Source of the DNA: Candidatus Hydrogenedentota bacterium
GTDB lineage: Bacteria; Hydrogenedentota; Hydrogenedentia; Hydrogenedentales; SLHB01
Reading direction: 5' to 3'
DNA length: 64,000 nucleotides
Assembly (NCBI GenBank): GCA_963674865.2
Contig: CAXXYE010000003.1
Coordinates: 288,001-352,000 of the forward strand
The position numbers were made by a program, and so were the translations under genes. Under the pieces are notes generated by a model. It saw only the letters and a program-made list of their open reading frames with translations. It had not been told where the DNA came from and searched no databases. This document shows, in pieces, positions 50,633-59,940 of this stretch; positions within the stretch are counted from its first letter, which is position 1, and every line of letters starts with the position of its first letter.

Positions 50633-51940
50633 GTGAGACTCGTTCTTATTCTTCTAATGCTTTGGGGACTCTGCGCCGGTGTCTGGGCCCAAGACGCGGT
50701 ACGGATCGACCTCGAGCGGCAGCTCGACTACCGTATCCCGATTGCCGTGCCGGACTTCGCGTCCTCCCCCGGCCAGGAGGCCCTTGGCCAACAAATGGCC
50801 GCCATCGTCGCGCGCGACCTCCAATTCACGGGACTTTTCAAGGTAATCGCACCTGACGCCTATCCCAAGAGCTTCTCCGGCTTCTCGCAGGACCCCACTC
50901 AGATCGATTTCGCCGCGTGGCGTGCGTCGGGCGCCGAGCACCTGGTGTATGCCCACGTAATTGACGATGTTGACGCCATTGTGGCCGAATGCCGCCTTTT
51001 CGACGTATTCAGTCACCAGCAGGTTGTTGGCAAGCGGTTCGTGGGCAAGAAGAAATGGCCCCGGCCAGAGCGCCTAGTCGCCCACTACTTCGCCGACGAA
51101 ATCGTACTCTTCCTGACGGGCGTCGCCGGCGTCGCGTCCTCCGAGATATGCTTCAGCGCGGACGCCTTGGGGCATAAAGAGATCTTCGTTGCTGATTACG
51201 ACGGGATGCAGGTTACGCAGGCTACTCAGCACGGCTCGATCTCGATCCGCCCCAAGTTTTCGCCGGACGGCAGGAGAATTGCCTACCTCTCCTACAAAGA
51301 TCGCTTTCCCTTCCTGTACGTATATGACCGCGAAACGGGCAAGTCGGTGCCGTTGTCGAAGAATGTAGGACTTAACGTAAGCGCCGCTTGGGCGCCTGAC
51401 GGGGCAAGCCTGGCCATGGTACTGAGCAAGGACGGGAATCCCGAGATCTACCTCAAGAACGCCGACGGATCGGGGGAGCAGCGACTGACGCATGACAAGG
51501 CCGTGGACTCATCGCCCGCGTTCGATCCCAGCGGAAGGCGCATCGTGTTCGTCAGCGAACGCGGCGGAAGCGCCCAACTGTACGTTATGAACGCAGACGG
51601 CAGTAACGTCCAACGCCTTTCCTTCCAGGGAGGGCGTGCCTACGATCCCGCTTGGTCGCCAGACGGCAAGTCAATTGCCTATGCCGTTGAGAAGCGCGAC
51701 GAGGGCCGGCAGATTTATGTTGTAAACGCCGACGGCTCCAACGCGAAGCGCGTTACCACCTCGCCCGGCTCCAAGGAATCCCCGAGTTGGTCCGCCGATT
51801 CCAGGCACTTGGTCTTCGCCGCGACGCGCGGGGGCGTGTCGGAACTCTGGACGGTGACCCTTGAGACCGGGGAAGAACACCGCGTTCCTTCATTGGGAAC
51901 TCGCTGTGAAGGGCCGTTCTGGGGGCCGAGGAGGAACTAG
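50633..51940 (+). CDS. tolB: Tol-Pal system beta-propeller protein TolB
   Basis: IPIAVPDF, DLQFTGLF, AHYFADEI, ADYDG, repeated P(A/K)(W/F)SPDG PD40 repeats. Confidence 0.92.
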   Translation: MRLVLILLMLWGLCAGVWAQDAVRIDLERQLDYRIPIAVPDFASSPGQEALGQQMAAIVARDLQFTGLFKVIAPDAYPKSFSGFSQDPTQIDFAAWRASGAEHLVYAHVIDDVDAIVAECRLFDVFSHQQVVGKRFVGKKKWPRPERLVAHYFADEIVLFLTGVAGVASSEICFSADALGHKEIFVADYDGMQVTQATQHGSISIRPKFSPDGRRIAYLSYKDRFPFLYVYDRETGKSVPLSKNVGLNVSAAWAPDGASLAMVLSKDGNPEIYLKNADGSGEQRLTHDKAVDSSPAFDPSGRRIVFVSERGGSAQLYVMNADGSNVQRLSFQGGRAYDPAWSPDGKSIAYAVEKRDEGRQIYVVNADGSNAKRVTTSPGSKESPSWSADSRHLVFAATRGGVSELWTVTLETGEEHRVPSLGTRCEGPFWGPRRN

Positions 51941-53889
51941 CTGACGCCGTCCAAACTCGTTTCTTCCTGAGCGGGGCCTTCCTGAGAGGTTTCCTGTGAA
52001 TCTTCAGCGGCCGCCGGCGCCGCATCACTCTCGTCCGAGGCTTCCTCATCAGGCTCTTCGTCGATCCGGAGTATTCTGGCTTTGTAATCCTGGTTCACGT
52101 ACATCGAGTCTTGCGGCACGCGCTGCCGGAGGTCGTCGAGATAGTCGTTCAGGCGCTCACGGATCCGAGTCGTCAAGAGCATTTCGCGGATAGATTCCTT
52201 CTGCTCAGGCCATTTCTCCTCCCAGTCGGCCTCGGTGGGCGGCGTCCGCTCGACCAACTCGACGAAGTAGATCTGCCCGATGAAACTCTCGATGGGGCCG
52301 CCGAAGGCCCCCGGCTCCCCCTTGCCCACCGCTTCGTACACCTGCCTCGGATCCCAGAATAGACCGCCTGTGTAACGGAAGTCCTTCACGGTGAACGGCT
52401 CCGCCGTCTTGATCTCAGGATCGAGTTCGGGGCAGAGCTTCTTGATGTCTTTCAGCGCGTGGGCTTCCTGGGCGATTTGCATCGCGTAGCGCTGGATTTC
52501 GGCCCGGTGTTCCGGCGATTGTTCGATGGCCTGGATCGTGTCCCGCAACACGTCCTCGCGGACTTCCTCGAAAGGCCGCAGCACCGGCGGGGTGATGGAT
52601 GCCACCTTCGCTATGTAGAGATTCGCCCGTCCGGCGATCACATCGGACACACTGCCTTCCCCGAGTTCGGCAAGTCCCCGCCGGAAGGCCAAACCGTCCT
52701 CCCGCGGCACATTGTCGATGGAGACGGTATCCGCGGAAAAGGCGCCGGAAGTGCGGACCTCGAGGTCGTATGCCGCCGCGGTAGCGGCCAAATCGCCGGA
52801 TTCTTTCGCTTTCTCAGCGATCTCGGCGGCCTCGGCCTCGCGCGCGGCGCGCTCCTCGTCATCGAGTTGCGGGCGAAGGACGATCTGCCGCGCCCGAACA
52901 TCGCGCTTCTCCGTTACCTCGTCCGTCCGCTCCTCTTCGACTTTGTAGATGTAATAGGCGTTGGGCCCCTCGACGGGATCGCTAACGGCGCCCACCTCAA
53001 GCGCAAAGAGCGGCTCTTGATGCTCCGGAAGCATGAGTTCTTGGGCGACCCAGCCCATATCGCCGCCCTTTTCGGCGTCCGGGCCCTCGGAATAGGCCTT
53101 CGCCAGTTCGGCGAAGTCCTCGCCATTGCGGGCGCGCTCGACGAGTTCGTCAAGCAGCGCCGGCGCGGGCGGCTTCAGCGACACGGCGATGAACTCGGCC
53201 GTCCGCTTCTCAGGGTGTTGATACCGGGACGGATCCGCATCGTAGGTAGCTTGAATCTGCTCTTCCGTAGGCTCGATCTTTGGCTCAATCGAGACGTACT
53301 TGACCTTTATCTTCGTGTTCTCGTCCTCGAACCTCTGGCGAACGTCGGCGTCCAGCACACGCGCCGAGGCTGTCGCCAACACGCCAAGCACCTGTCTGCC
53401 AAGTTGGCGCTCGATGTCCACATAAACCGCGCTCCAATTGATGTCCTTCGCCGTCGTGATGAACTGGTTCCACAGGGCGGGGTCGAATTGGCCGCTCTCA
53501 TTCTGAAACCGCGGGTCCTGCTTCATCTGCTCCGTGAGGAAATGCCGTGTGAACCTGAGCCCGCGCTTATCCGCTTCCGCACTGAAGAGCTTGGAGTTCA
53601 CGAGTTCTTGCAGCACTTGGTCGGCCGTGCCGTCCGCGGCGAGGTCGCGATAATCCTGCGATTGGCCCTGCTTGGCGCGCCGCTCCAATTCGGAACTGAG
53701 GGCATTCCGATACTCCTCAGCGGTGATCGGCGCTCCCGCCACATTCGCCAAGGAGGACGCAGTCTCCTCCTTTCGCTGTTCAGTCAACAGGTGCCTTGAC
53801 CAAGAGCCCAAGATCCCGAACGAGATCACGAGCAATACCGTGACGACCCAAAGCATTGGTTTGCGGTACCGGTGCAATACATGAAGCAT
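51937..53889 (-). CDS. ppiD: PpiD/SurA-like membrane-anchored peptidyl-prolyl isomerase
   Basis: N-terminal TM, SurA-N-like region (FQNESGQFD), rotamase GEDFAELAKAYSEGP..KGGDMGW; acidic tail. Confidence 0.78.
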   Translation of the reverse strand: MLHVLHRYRKPMLWVVTVLLVISFGILGSWSRHLLTEQRKEETASSLANVAGAPITAEEYRNALSSELERRAKQGQSQDYRDLAADGTADQVLQELVNSKLFSAEADKRGLRFTRHFLTEQMKQDPRFQNESGQFDPALWNQFITTAKDINWSAVYVDIERQLGRQVLGVLATASARVLDADVRQRFEDENTKIKVKYVSIEPKIEPTEEQIQATYDADPSRYQHPEKRTAEFIAVSLKPPAPALLDELVERARNGEDFAELAKAYSEGPDAEKGGDMGWVAQELMLPEHQEPLFALEVGAVSDPVEGPNAYYIYKVEEERTDEVTEKRDVRARQIVLRPQLDDEERAAREAEAAEIAEKAKESGDLAATAAAYDLEVRTSGAFSADTVSIDNVPREDGLAFRRGLAELGEGSVSDVIAGRANLYIAKVASITPPVLRPFEEVREDVLRDTIQAIEQSPEHRAEIQRYAMQIAQEAHALKDIKKLCPELDPEIKTAEPFTVKDFRYTGGLFWDPRQVYEAVGKGEPGAFGGPIESFIGQIYFVELVERTPPTEADWEEKWPEQKESIREMLLTTRIRERLNDYLDDLRQRVPQDSMYVNQDYKARILRIDEEPDEEASDESDAAPAAAEDSQETSQEGPAQEETSLDGVS

Positions 53890-54119
53890 GTTGTGAGATT
53901 CCTCTGAGCGATCACCCATTCCCCGCGTGATTCAGATGTTTTTGCGGGAACGTGACGGGCCCGGATTACGAAACGGGCGAAGCGTATCATACGGGTGGCG
54001 GGGCGTGCAAACACCCGTAGCGCGAAAGGTTACGTGTACTTGTGAGAAACTGCGGCCGGGCGAACGGATGGGGGCCATTAGTCGCGCTCGAACGCCGCCG
54101 CCTTGAATACGCGCAACCC

Positions 54120-56276
54120 TCAGTCCTCCGTCTGGGACGACGGCTTCGGGAGTTCGGATGGCGGGTGTTTGAGCTTCTTCGGGGCGTTCATCCACTCCTT
54201 AGAGCCGTAGAGCCCTACATCACGAAGGTCGATCGGCTGGAAACCTAGCTCAAGCGCTGGGGAGTCCGAGGCGAGTCGAAAATCGAACGCTTCGGCTCTT
54301 CTAAACAGTGGATCGGTGATGATCGAGTTCAAATCCTGGCCTATATCCCGCCACTCGTCAAACGTCCGGCCGGCGAAATCGATTTCCTCACTCGATGTAT
54401 CCCAGTAGCAGTTGCGGTCGAGCCGGTAGTGCCCGTTCTTCCAGTTACTGCCGAGGAGCCGGCCGTTGTTGAAATAGACGATATTCCTCTCGAAGAACAA
54501 GGAGATGTGTTCCTCTTCGCGCGTACGGATGACTTGGCCCTCGTGGGCGAAGGCGAACACGTTGTTGAGTACACGGTTTTCCTTGCCGTAGTGCTGATGG
54601 AACCCGCCCGTCTTCGTGTTGTACACGACGTTGTTTTCGATGAGCAGGTCGCTGCTGCCTTCATCAGGATAGATGCCCCAGCCGCCGTACGTGTACGAAA
54701 ACACATCATGGATGAGGTTGTGACGGAGGATGGTGCCCGGCGCGACGCCGAGAGTGTAGATCCCGCCCATATCACTGAGCATCCCTTGCCCGATGTGATG
54801 TATGTGGTTGAACTCGATGAGGTTGTGATTGGCCGAACTGGGCGCATATCCCCAACTCCAACCGACGGACACGCCGGTGTAGAACAAGTCCGAGATTTCA
54901 TTGTGCGACACCCGGTTGTACGAACTCCGGCCGATCCACACCCCCACCGCGGCGGGAAAGATCGTGCCTCCATCGTGGATCCAGTTATTGTCCACCCAAT
55001 TGTCCTGGGTGACGTGATGATCGGTGGCCGGGTCGGCCCCGTCCCCGATGCGTACGCCGCCTGCGCCCAAGTCATGAAGGTGATTGCCCGCGATGCGGTT
55101 ATCCCGGCAGCCGTACTGGAACCAGACGCCGTAGTTGCTGATGTGCGCGACCTCGCAATCCACCAGCGAGCAGTACCGGGCGCCGCTCGCCTGCACGGCC
55201 CCGTGGACGGGATAGGCCGCTTGGGCGTTATTCTGGCCGTCCGGCCCCAGTGGAAAAGCGGTATGGTGGAAGCGCAGTCCACACAGGTGCACATGCTCGA
55301 CAAGGCGCCCTGCTTCGAGATCGCCCTCCAACTTCAGCAGTTGAGACGCCACGGGAAGAATGACCTCCGCGGTGTCCGGCCTCTCGCCCTTCTTCGGCCA
55401 ATAGTAGAGCACGCCCGTTTGCCGGTTGTAATACCACTCGCCCGGCTCGTCGAGGGCCTCAAAGAGGTGCTCGATGTAGTAGCGCTGCTCCTTGCCCCAG
55501 TTCTCGAAGGGCCAGTTCGGGCTCGTGGTGAACCGAACGACGCCGTCCTCTTCGTCGATATCCGCGATCCTGTGGTACGAAACATCCCACGAATGCAGCG
55601 CAACAACGAGGGCATCTTCGAGGTTATCCCACGCCTGAATATCCCCAGTCTTGAAATGGAACCCGTTCGGACTCGGACGCTTCTTGTCCTTCATCTCCTC
55701 CGGCACAGGCAGTGTTCCGGCCGTGAGCGAGAATCCTTCATTGGGAGTCCGGGCCGGAGCGCGATACTCCCCGTTTACCCACAGCGCGCTGATCGTCTCG
55801 CCCGGCGCCCACCAGTCCGCAACATGGGCCTTCCACAGAGCCCCCTCACGTTCCCAGTCCGTTACTCGGCGGCCCCCACTGATCACCGGCGACTCCCCCG
55901 GATAGGCGGCGTACGTGATCGGCGCACGCCACGTGCCCGAGTCTTCCGGCCCCAGCGTAAAAGGTTCCAGAATACGGTACGTGCCTTCACGCACCAGCAC
56001 CTGAACGGGCCGTGTCAGCTCGCCTTGGGCCTTCATCCGGCGGACGGCGTCGCGTGCCGCCGCCAGAGAGGCCAGCGGCCCGTCCGAGCCGTCGGCTGTC
56101 GGGACGGGCTCGGCGCCGCTCCATTCATCATTGCCGTTCTCTGCGACATAGAGGGTGATTGCTTCCTGCGACATAGTTGGCCTCGACGAAACCGGCGCGT
56201 TCGGCCGGACGGGGAAAGAGTAGCAAGACAAACCTGAAAGGATAAGCATAACTGCCATGAGAAGTCGCTTGGACAC
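54120..56276 (-). CDS. Right-handed parallel beta-helix repeat protein (putative polysaccharide-active enzyme), possible lipoprotein
   Basis: YVAENGNDEWSG, GPLASLAAARDAVR, ISGGR, LDEPGEWY, SDMGGIYTLG, GWGIYPDEGSS. Confidence 0.85.
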   Translation of the reverse strand: MSKRLLMAVMLILSGLSCYSFPVRPNAPVSSRPTMSQEAITLYVAENGNDEWSGAEPVPTADGSDGPLASLAAARDAVRRMKAQGELTRPVQVLVREGTYRILEPFTLGPEDSGTWRAPITYAAYPGESPVISGGRRVTDWEREGALWKAHVADWWAPGETISALWVNGEYRAPARTPNEGFSLTAGTLPVPEEMKDKKRPSPNGFHFKTGDIQAWDNLEDALVVALHSWDVSYHRIADIDEEDGVVRFTTSPNWPFENWGKEQRYYIEHLFEALDEPGEWYYNRQTGVLYYWPKKGERPDTAEVILPVASQLLKLEGDLEAGRLVEHVHLCGLRFHHTAFPLGPDGQNNAQAAYPVHGAVQASGARYCSLVDCEVAHISNYGVWFQYGCRDNRIAGNHLHDLGAGGVRIGDGADPATDHHVTQDNWVDNNWIHDGGTIFPAAVGVWIGRSSYNRVSHNEISDLFYTGVSVGWSWGYAPSSANHNLIEFNHIHHIGQGMLSDMGGIYTLGVAPGTILRHNLIHDVFSYTYGGWGIYPDEGSSDLLIENNVVYNTKTGGFHQHYGKENRVLNNVFAFAHEGQVIRTREEEHISLFFERNIVYFNNGRLLGSNWKNGHYRLDRNCYWDTSSEEIDFAGRTFDEWRDIGQDLNSIITDPLFRRAEAFDFRLASDSPALELGFQPIDLRDVGLYGSKEWMNAPKKLKHPPSELPKPSSQTED

Positions 56277-56379
56277 GCTGTGTCTCCACTTGCTGTTTTC
56301 GACAGGGCGCCTACGCGCGAGCCCTCACGCGCGCCGGCAAGCGCATCCTAAACGCCACATTGCGCAAAGTCCAGTTCCC

Positions 56380-56409
56380 TTGACGGAGGCAGTTCAATCA
56401 ACGTATTCT
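56380..56409 (+). promoter_or_regulatory. Candidate sigma70 promoter for tRNA-Arg
   Basis: TTGACG-N18-TATTCT about 85 bp upstream of the tRNA. Confidence 0.45.
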
Positions 56410-56494
56410 TCCGCCCGCAGAGGGCGATCACGGCGTATACCGCGCCATGAAACAGCGGATCCACCGTATTGCTCTGGCAACTCATCCATTCGGC

Positions 56495-56569
56495 GCCCCG
56501 ATAGTTCAGTGGATAGAACAAGTCCCTCCTAAGGATTAGACGAAGGTTCGATTCCTTCTCGGGGCGCCA
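56495..56569 (+). tRNA. tRNA-Arg (anticodon CCT)
   Basis: Acceptor GCCCCGA/TCGGGGC, D-arm GTTC..GAAC, anticodon arm AGTCC-CTCCTAA-GGATT, T-arm GAAGGTTCGATTCCTTC, encoded CCA. Confidence 0.97.
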
Positions 56570-56633
56570 TCTTTCTTTTGTTTGCAGTGGTTTCAGGCGC
56601 TTCGGCGTCATTGCCAACAGGAGGAGTTCTCCC

Positions 56634-58241
56634 TTGATAGCGATCTTCTGCCTCGTACTCGTCTTGGCCCTTTGTGTCACTACCCGCTCGGCCCACGCGG
56701 AGCCGGCAAATCGCCCGGAACGCGTTGAGTGGTTCCGGGATCTTGGCCTCGGCATGTTCGTCCATTGGAGCGTGGACGGGCAGCTTGGCGTCGTTATCAG
56801 CCACTCGATGGCCGGAGCTTCGGATGATTACCTGAAGCGGTATGTGGAGGAGCTGCCTAAGACGTTCTATCCCCGGAAGTTCGATCCCAAAGCTTGGGCC
56901 AGACTCGCCCGGGTGGTGGGCATGAAGTACGTGATGTTTACTACCAAGCACCACTCCGGCTTCTGCATGTTTGACACGGCCACCACCGACTTCGGCGTCA
57001 TGAACACGCCGTTTCAGCGGGATATCGTTGCGGAAGTGGCAAGCGCCTTCCGGGAGGAGGGGATCGCCATCGGACTGTACTTCTCCGTAGATGATTTCCT
57101 CTGGCTCTACAAGAACGGCAAGATGATTGACCGCCGCTCTGAGCTGATGCCGCATGCCCAGCCGGAGTTGCTGGAGTACGCCAGAGCGCAACTCAAGGAG
57201 CTTCTGAGCCACTACGGCCCAATAGACTTGATGTTCTTCGACGGGGAATCACAAGGACTGACGGACTTCGTTTGGGATCTTTCCCCGGATACCGTAATTA
57301 CCGCTGGAGGCATGAGAGTCACCGAGCAGCACATCGCCGGTGTTCCCTCCGCCGAACCGTTTGAAGCCTGCTTCACCATGGGCGGGGAATGGAACTACCG
57401 GCCCACAAACGACGACTACAAGAGCGGCACGCAGATGATCGAGATGCTGATCGAGACACGGGCGAGGGGCGGCGTTCTTCTCCTCAATGTGGGGCCGACC
57501 CCGGACGGCGAGATTCCCATGGAGCAGGAAGACCGCCTTCGCGAGGTCGCCTTGTGGACCTTCATCAACGGCGAAGCCATCCATGCCGTGCGGCCCTGGA
57601 TCGTCACCAACGAGGGCAACTACTGGCTCACGAAGAGGAAAGATGAGAATACGGTGTATGTGTCCGTGTGCGAGCCTTGGGATTTCGCGGAGCGGAGGTC
57701 GCTGCGCTTGGCTTCCGTGCGAGCCACGGCGGACACCGAGGTCACCGTATTGGGACATGGCGGCCAGTTGATCGAATACCGTCCCCAGAAGGATCCCAAG
57801 ACAACCTGGAGCCAGGAAGCCGACGGCCTGCATATCAGCGCGCCGCGCGGCCAGCGCTTATACACCCGTGGCGTTTGGCCCAATCCCCTCGTCTTGAAGA
57901 TCACCAATGTAGAGCCCGCGCTCACACCGCCGAAAGTCGTCACAGGCGACTGGAAATGGGATCCTGCAACGGAAACCGCGGTGTTTGAAGGCGAGCTGCT
58001 GGATCTGGCCGGAGAGGAAGCGCTTGAGGTCTGGCTGGAGTACCGCTCGCTCAAAGGGCAGGATACCAATGAGCGAACGCTGCCCTGGGTGGCCGCATCG
58101 GCAGAACGGCGCACCACGCCGGGGACCTTCTCGGCCGCGGTGAAGGGACTCGAGCCGGGCGAGGCCTACGAGTTCCGCGCGGTTGTGAAGCACCCGCTGT
58201 TGGCGCTCTACGGAGAGGAGAAGAAGGCCGTCCTAAAGTAG
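56634..58241 (+). CDS. Alpha-L-fucosidase (GH29) with C-terminal Ig/FN3-like extension
   Basis: WFRDLGLGMFVHW, FDPKAWA, GMKYVMFTTKHHSGFCMF, YGPIDLMFFDG, LLLNVGP. Confidence 0.9.
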   Translation: MIAIFCLVLVLALCVTTRSAHAEPANRPERVEWFRDLGLGMFVHWSVDGQLGVVISHSMAGASDDYLKRYVEELPKTFYPRKFDPKAWARLARVVGMKYVMFTTKHHSGFCMFDTATTDFGVMNTPFQRDIVAEVASAFREEGIAIGLYFSVDDFLWLYKNGKMIDRRSELMPHAQPELLEYARAQLKELLSHYGPIDLMFFDGESQGLTDFVWDLSPDTVITAGGMRVTEQHIAGVPSAEPFEACFTMGGEWNYRPTNDDYKSGTQMIEMLIETRARGGVLLLNVGPTPDGEIPMEQEDRLREVALWTFINGEAIHAVRPWIVTNEGNYWLTKRKDENTVYVSVCEPWDFAERRSLRLASVRATADTEVTVLGHGGQLIEYRPQKDPKTTWSQEADGLHISAPRGQRLYTRGVWPNPLVLKITNVEPALTPPKVVTGDWKWDPATETAVFEGELLDLAGEEALEVWLEYRSLKGQDTNERTLPWVAASAERRTTPGTFSAAVKGLEPGEAYEFRAVVKHPLLALYGEEKKAVLK

Positions 58242-58315
58242 CCGTCATTCGTGAGGAGGCCGTGACTACTCAAGATATGCCCGTTGCGGCAGAATCACAT
58301 AGGAGGAGTCCAGCA

Positions 58316-59791
58316 ATGCCAAGAAGCAACGTCATCTTTTTCCATGCCGAGAGTTGGGACGGCCGTATGCTTGGGCCCTTGGGAAATCCGGCACTCCGGA
58401 ATGCCACGCCGAATATCGACCGCCTAGCCCAGTCCGGCACGCTGTTTGAGAACACGTATTGCTCCCATCCCATCTGTTGCCCTTCGCGCGCCAACATGTG
58501 GTCGGGCCGATATACGCACAACTGCGAGAGCTGGAATAACTACAAGGGCCTCGAAAAGGGCATGTGGGCTTTGCTGGATGAATTGCCCGCGACACACACC
58601 CTCGGGACATTTGGTAAGTTGGACTATTTATCGGGAGGGCATACTCAGCTTGCCCGCCTCAGTGCCTGGCTTGGGCCGTCGGGAATCAACAAACCCATCT
58701 TTGACAATGATCAATCTCAGTGTTTCACCGTGGCGGACAACGATGACGTGCGCTACCACAAGAACGATTGGGAGAGGGTCGATCAAGCCATTGCTTTTCT
58801 GAAGCAACAGCAAGATCGGGAGAAACCGTTCTTCTTGTACGTGAGCACCGGCCTGGTTCACGCGGCCTTTCGCACGAACAACTACTGGCTAAGCAAGATC
58901 CCCGAGGATGCGGTGGATATCCCCCCCATGGATCCGGGAGACCACCCGGTGCGGCAGTACCAACTGATGGCCAAGGCTTGGCGCTACGGCCACGATGAAG
59001 CCACCGTCAGGCAAGTCCGCAGAATCTACATGGCCATGTGCGCCGAAGCGGACGCGATGGTGGGCGCGCTCCATGACGCCATGCAGGACTTGGGATTAGG
59101 ACACGACACTTACTTCGTCTTCTCAAGCGATCACGGCGAGATGGCTATGGAGCACCAGGATTGGTACAAGATGTCGATGTACGAGGGGGCTGTCCGCGTG
59201 CCGCTCGTCATGGCGGGGCCGGAGATTCAACAGGGGCAGCGCGTCCCCAATCTCGTGTCGCTGATCGACTTGTGCCCCACCTTATTGGAGATGGGGGGCC
59301 TCGCCGCGCAGGACGGTTTGGACGGGGAATCATTGATGCCTCTCGCAACGGGACAGACGCGGCAGAGTCGCGACTCAGCCTACGCGTGCTTTATGGGCTG
59401 CACACTCAATACATCCGCTTTCATGCTTCGCAAGGATCGGTGGAAGTACGTCGTGTATTCAGGCTACGGGCCGCAACTGTTCGATATGGTGAACGACCCA
59501 CAAGAACTCGTCGATTTGAGCCGGAAAGAGCCCGATGTGGCCGGCCTTCTCGATGCCGACCTGCGGGACATCGTGGACTACGAACAAACACACCGCGACT
59601 GGGTGGCTTACTGCAAAGAAGCATTCCGGCAATGGCGCCGCCAAGCTCTGCGGGGGGTGTATGTTGACGGGAGCTACTCTCTCAGGGAGAATTCCTCGAC
59701 GGATTACTGGAAGATCATGGACAACTGCTTCACCGGCTACGACCAGGACGACGAGAAGAAGCTGATGGCGTGGCTGGACGAGGAATCTTAG
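58316..59791 (+). CDS. Formylglycine-dependent sulfatase, ARSK-like
   Basis: PICCPSRANMWSG (CxPxR), FGKLDY, SSDHGE, YKMSMYE, VSLIDLCPTL; ATG after AGGAGGA. Confidence 0.92.
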   Translation: MPRSNVIFFHAESWDGRMLGPLGNPALRNATPNIDRLAQSGTLFENTYCSHPICCPSRANMWSGRYTHNCESWNNYKGLEKGMWALLDELPATHTLGTFGKLDYLSGGHTQLARLSAWLGPSGINKPIFDNDQSQCFTVADNDDVRYHKNDWERVDQAIAFLKQQQDREKPFFLYVSTGLVHAAFRTNNYWLSKIPEDAVDIPPMDPGDHPVRQYQLMAKAWRYGHDEATVRQVRRIYMAMCAEADAMVGALHDAMQDLGLGHDTYFVFSSDHGEMAMEHQDWYKMSMYEGAVRVPLVMAGPEIQQGQRVPNLVSLIDLCPTLLEMGGLAAQDGLDGESLMPLATGQTRQSRDSAYACFMGCTLNTSAFMLRKDRWKYVVYSGYGPQLFDMVNDPQELVDLSRKEPDVAGLLDADLRDIVDYEQTHRDWVAYCKEAFRQWRRQALRGVYVDGSYSLRENSSTDYWKIMDNCFTGYDQDDEKKLMAWLDEES

Positions 59792-59868
59792 CTAACAAGG
59801 TGTTCCAGCGGGTGTGGACAAACCGCGTCGCCGATCCGCCGCGTTCATAGACAGAGACGGATGAGCAC

Positions 59869-59940
59869 GTGAATGCGGTCAATATCCTCCTTGTCTTCAG
59901 CGACCAGCAGCGCCGCAAGGGGCGGGCGAGGCCCTCTTAA
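59869..59940 (+). pseudogene. Truncated 5' remnant of a second sulfatase gene
   Basis: Manual translation VNAVNILLVFSDQQRRKGRARPS*; NILLVFSDQQR matches the sulfatase N-terminal motif. Confidence 0.55.

Noticed and set aside
52459..53799. 446-aa ORF on + strand (likewise 39301-40707, 46165-47391, 43046-44107)
   Set aside because: Shadow or alternate-frame ORFs fully overlapping well-supported genes.
54429..56237. 602-aa ORF on + strand
   Set aside because: Antisense shadow of the beta-helix gene, expected from high-GC codon bias; no recognisable motifs.
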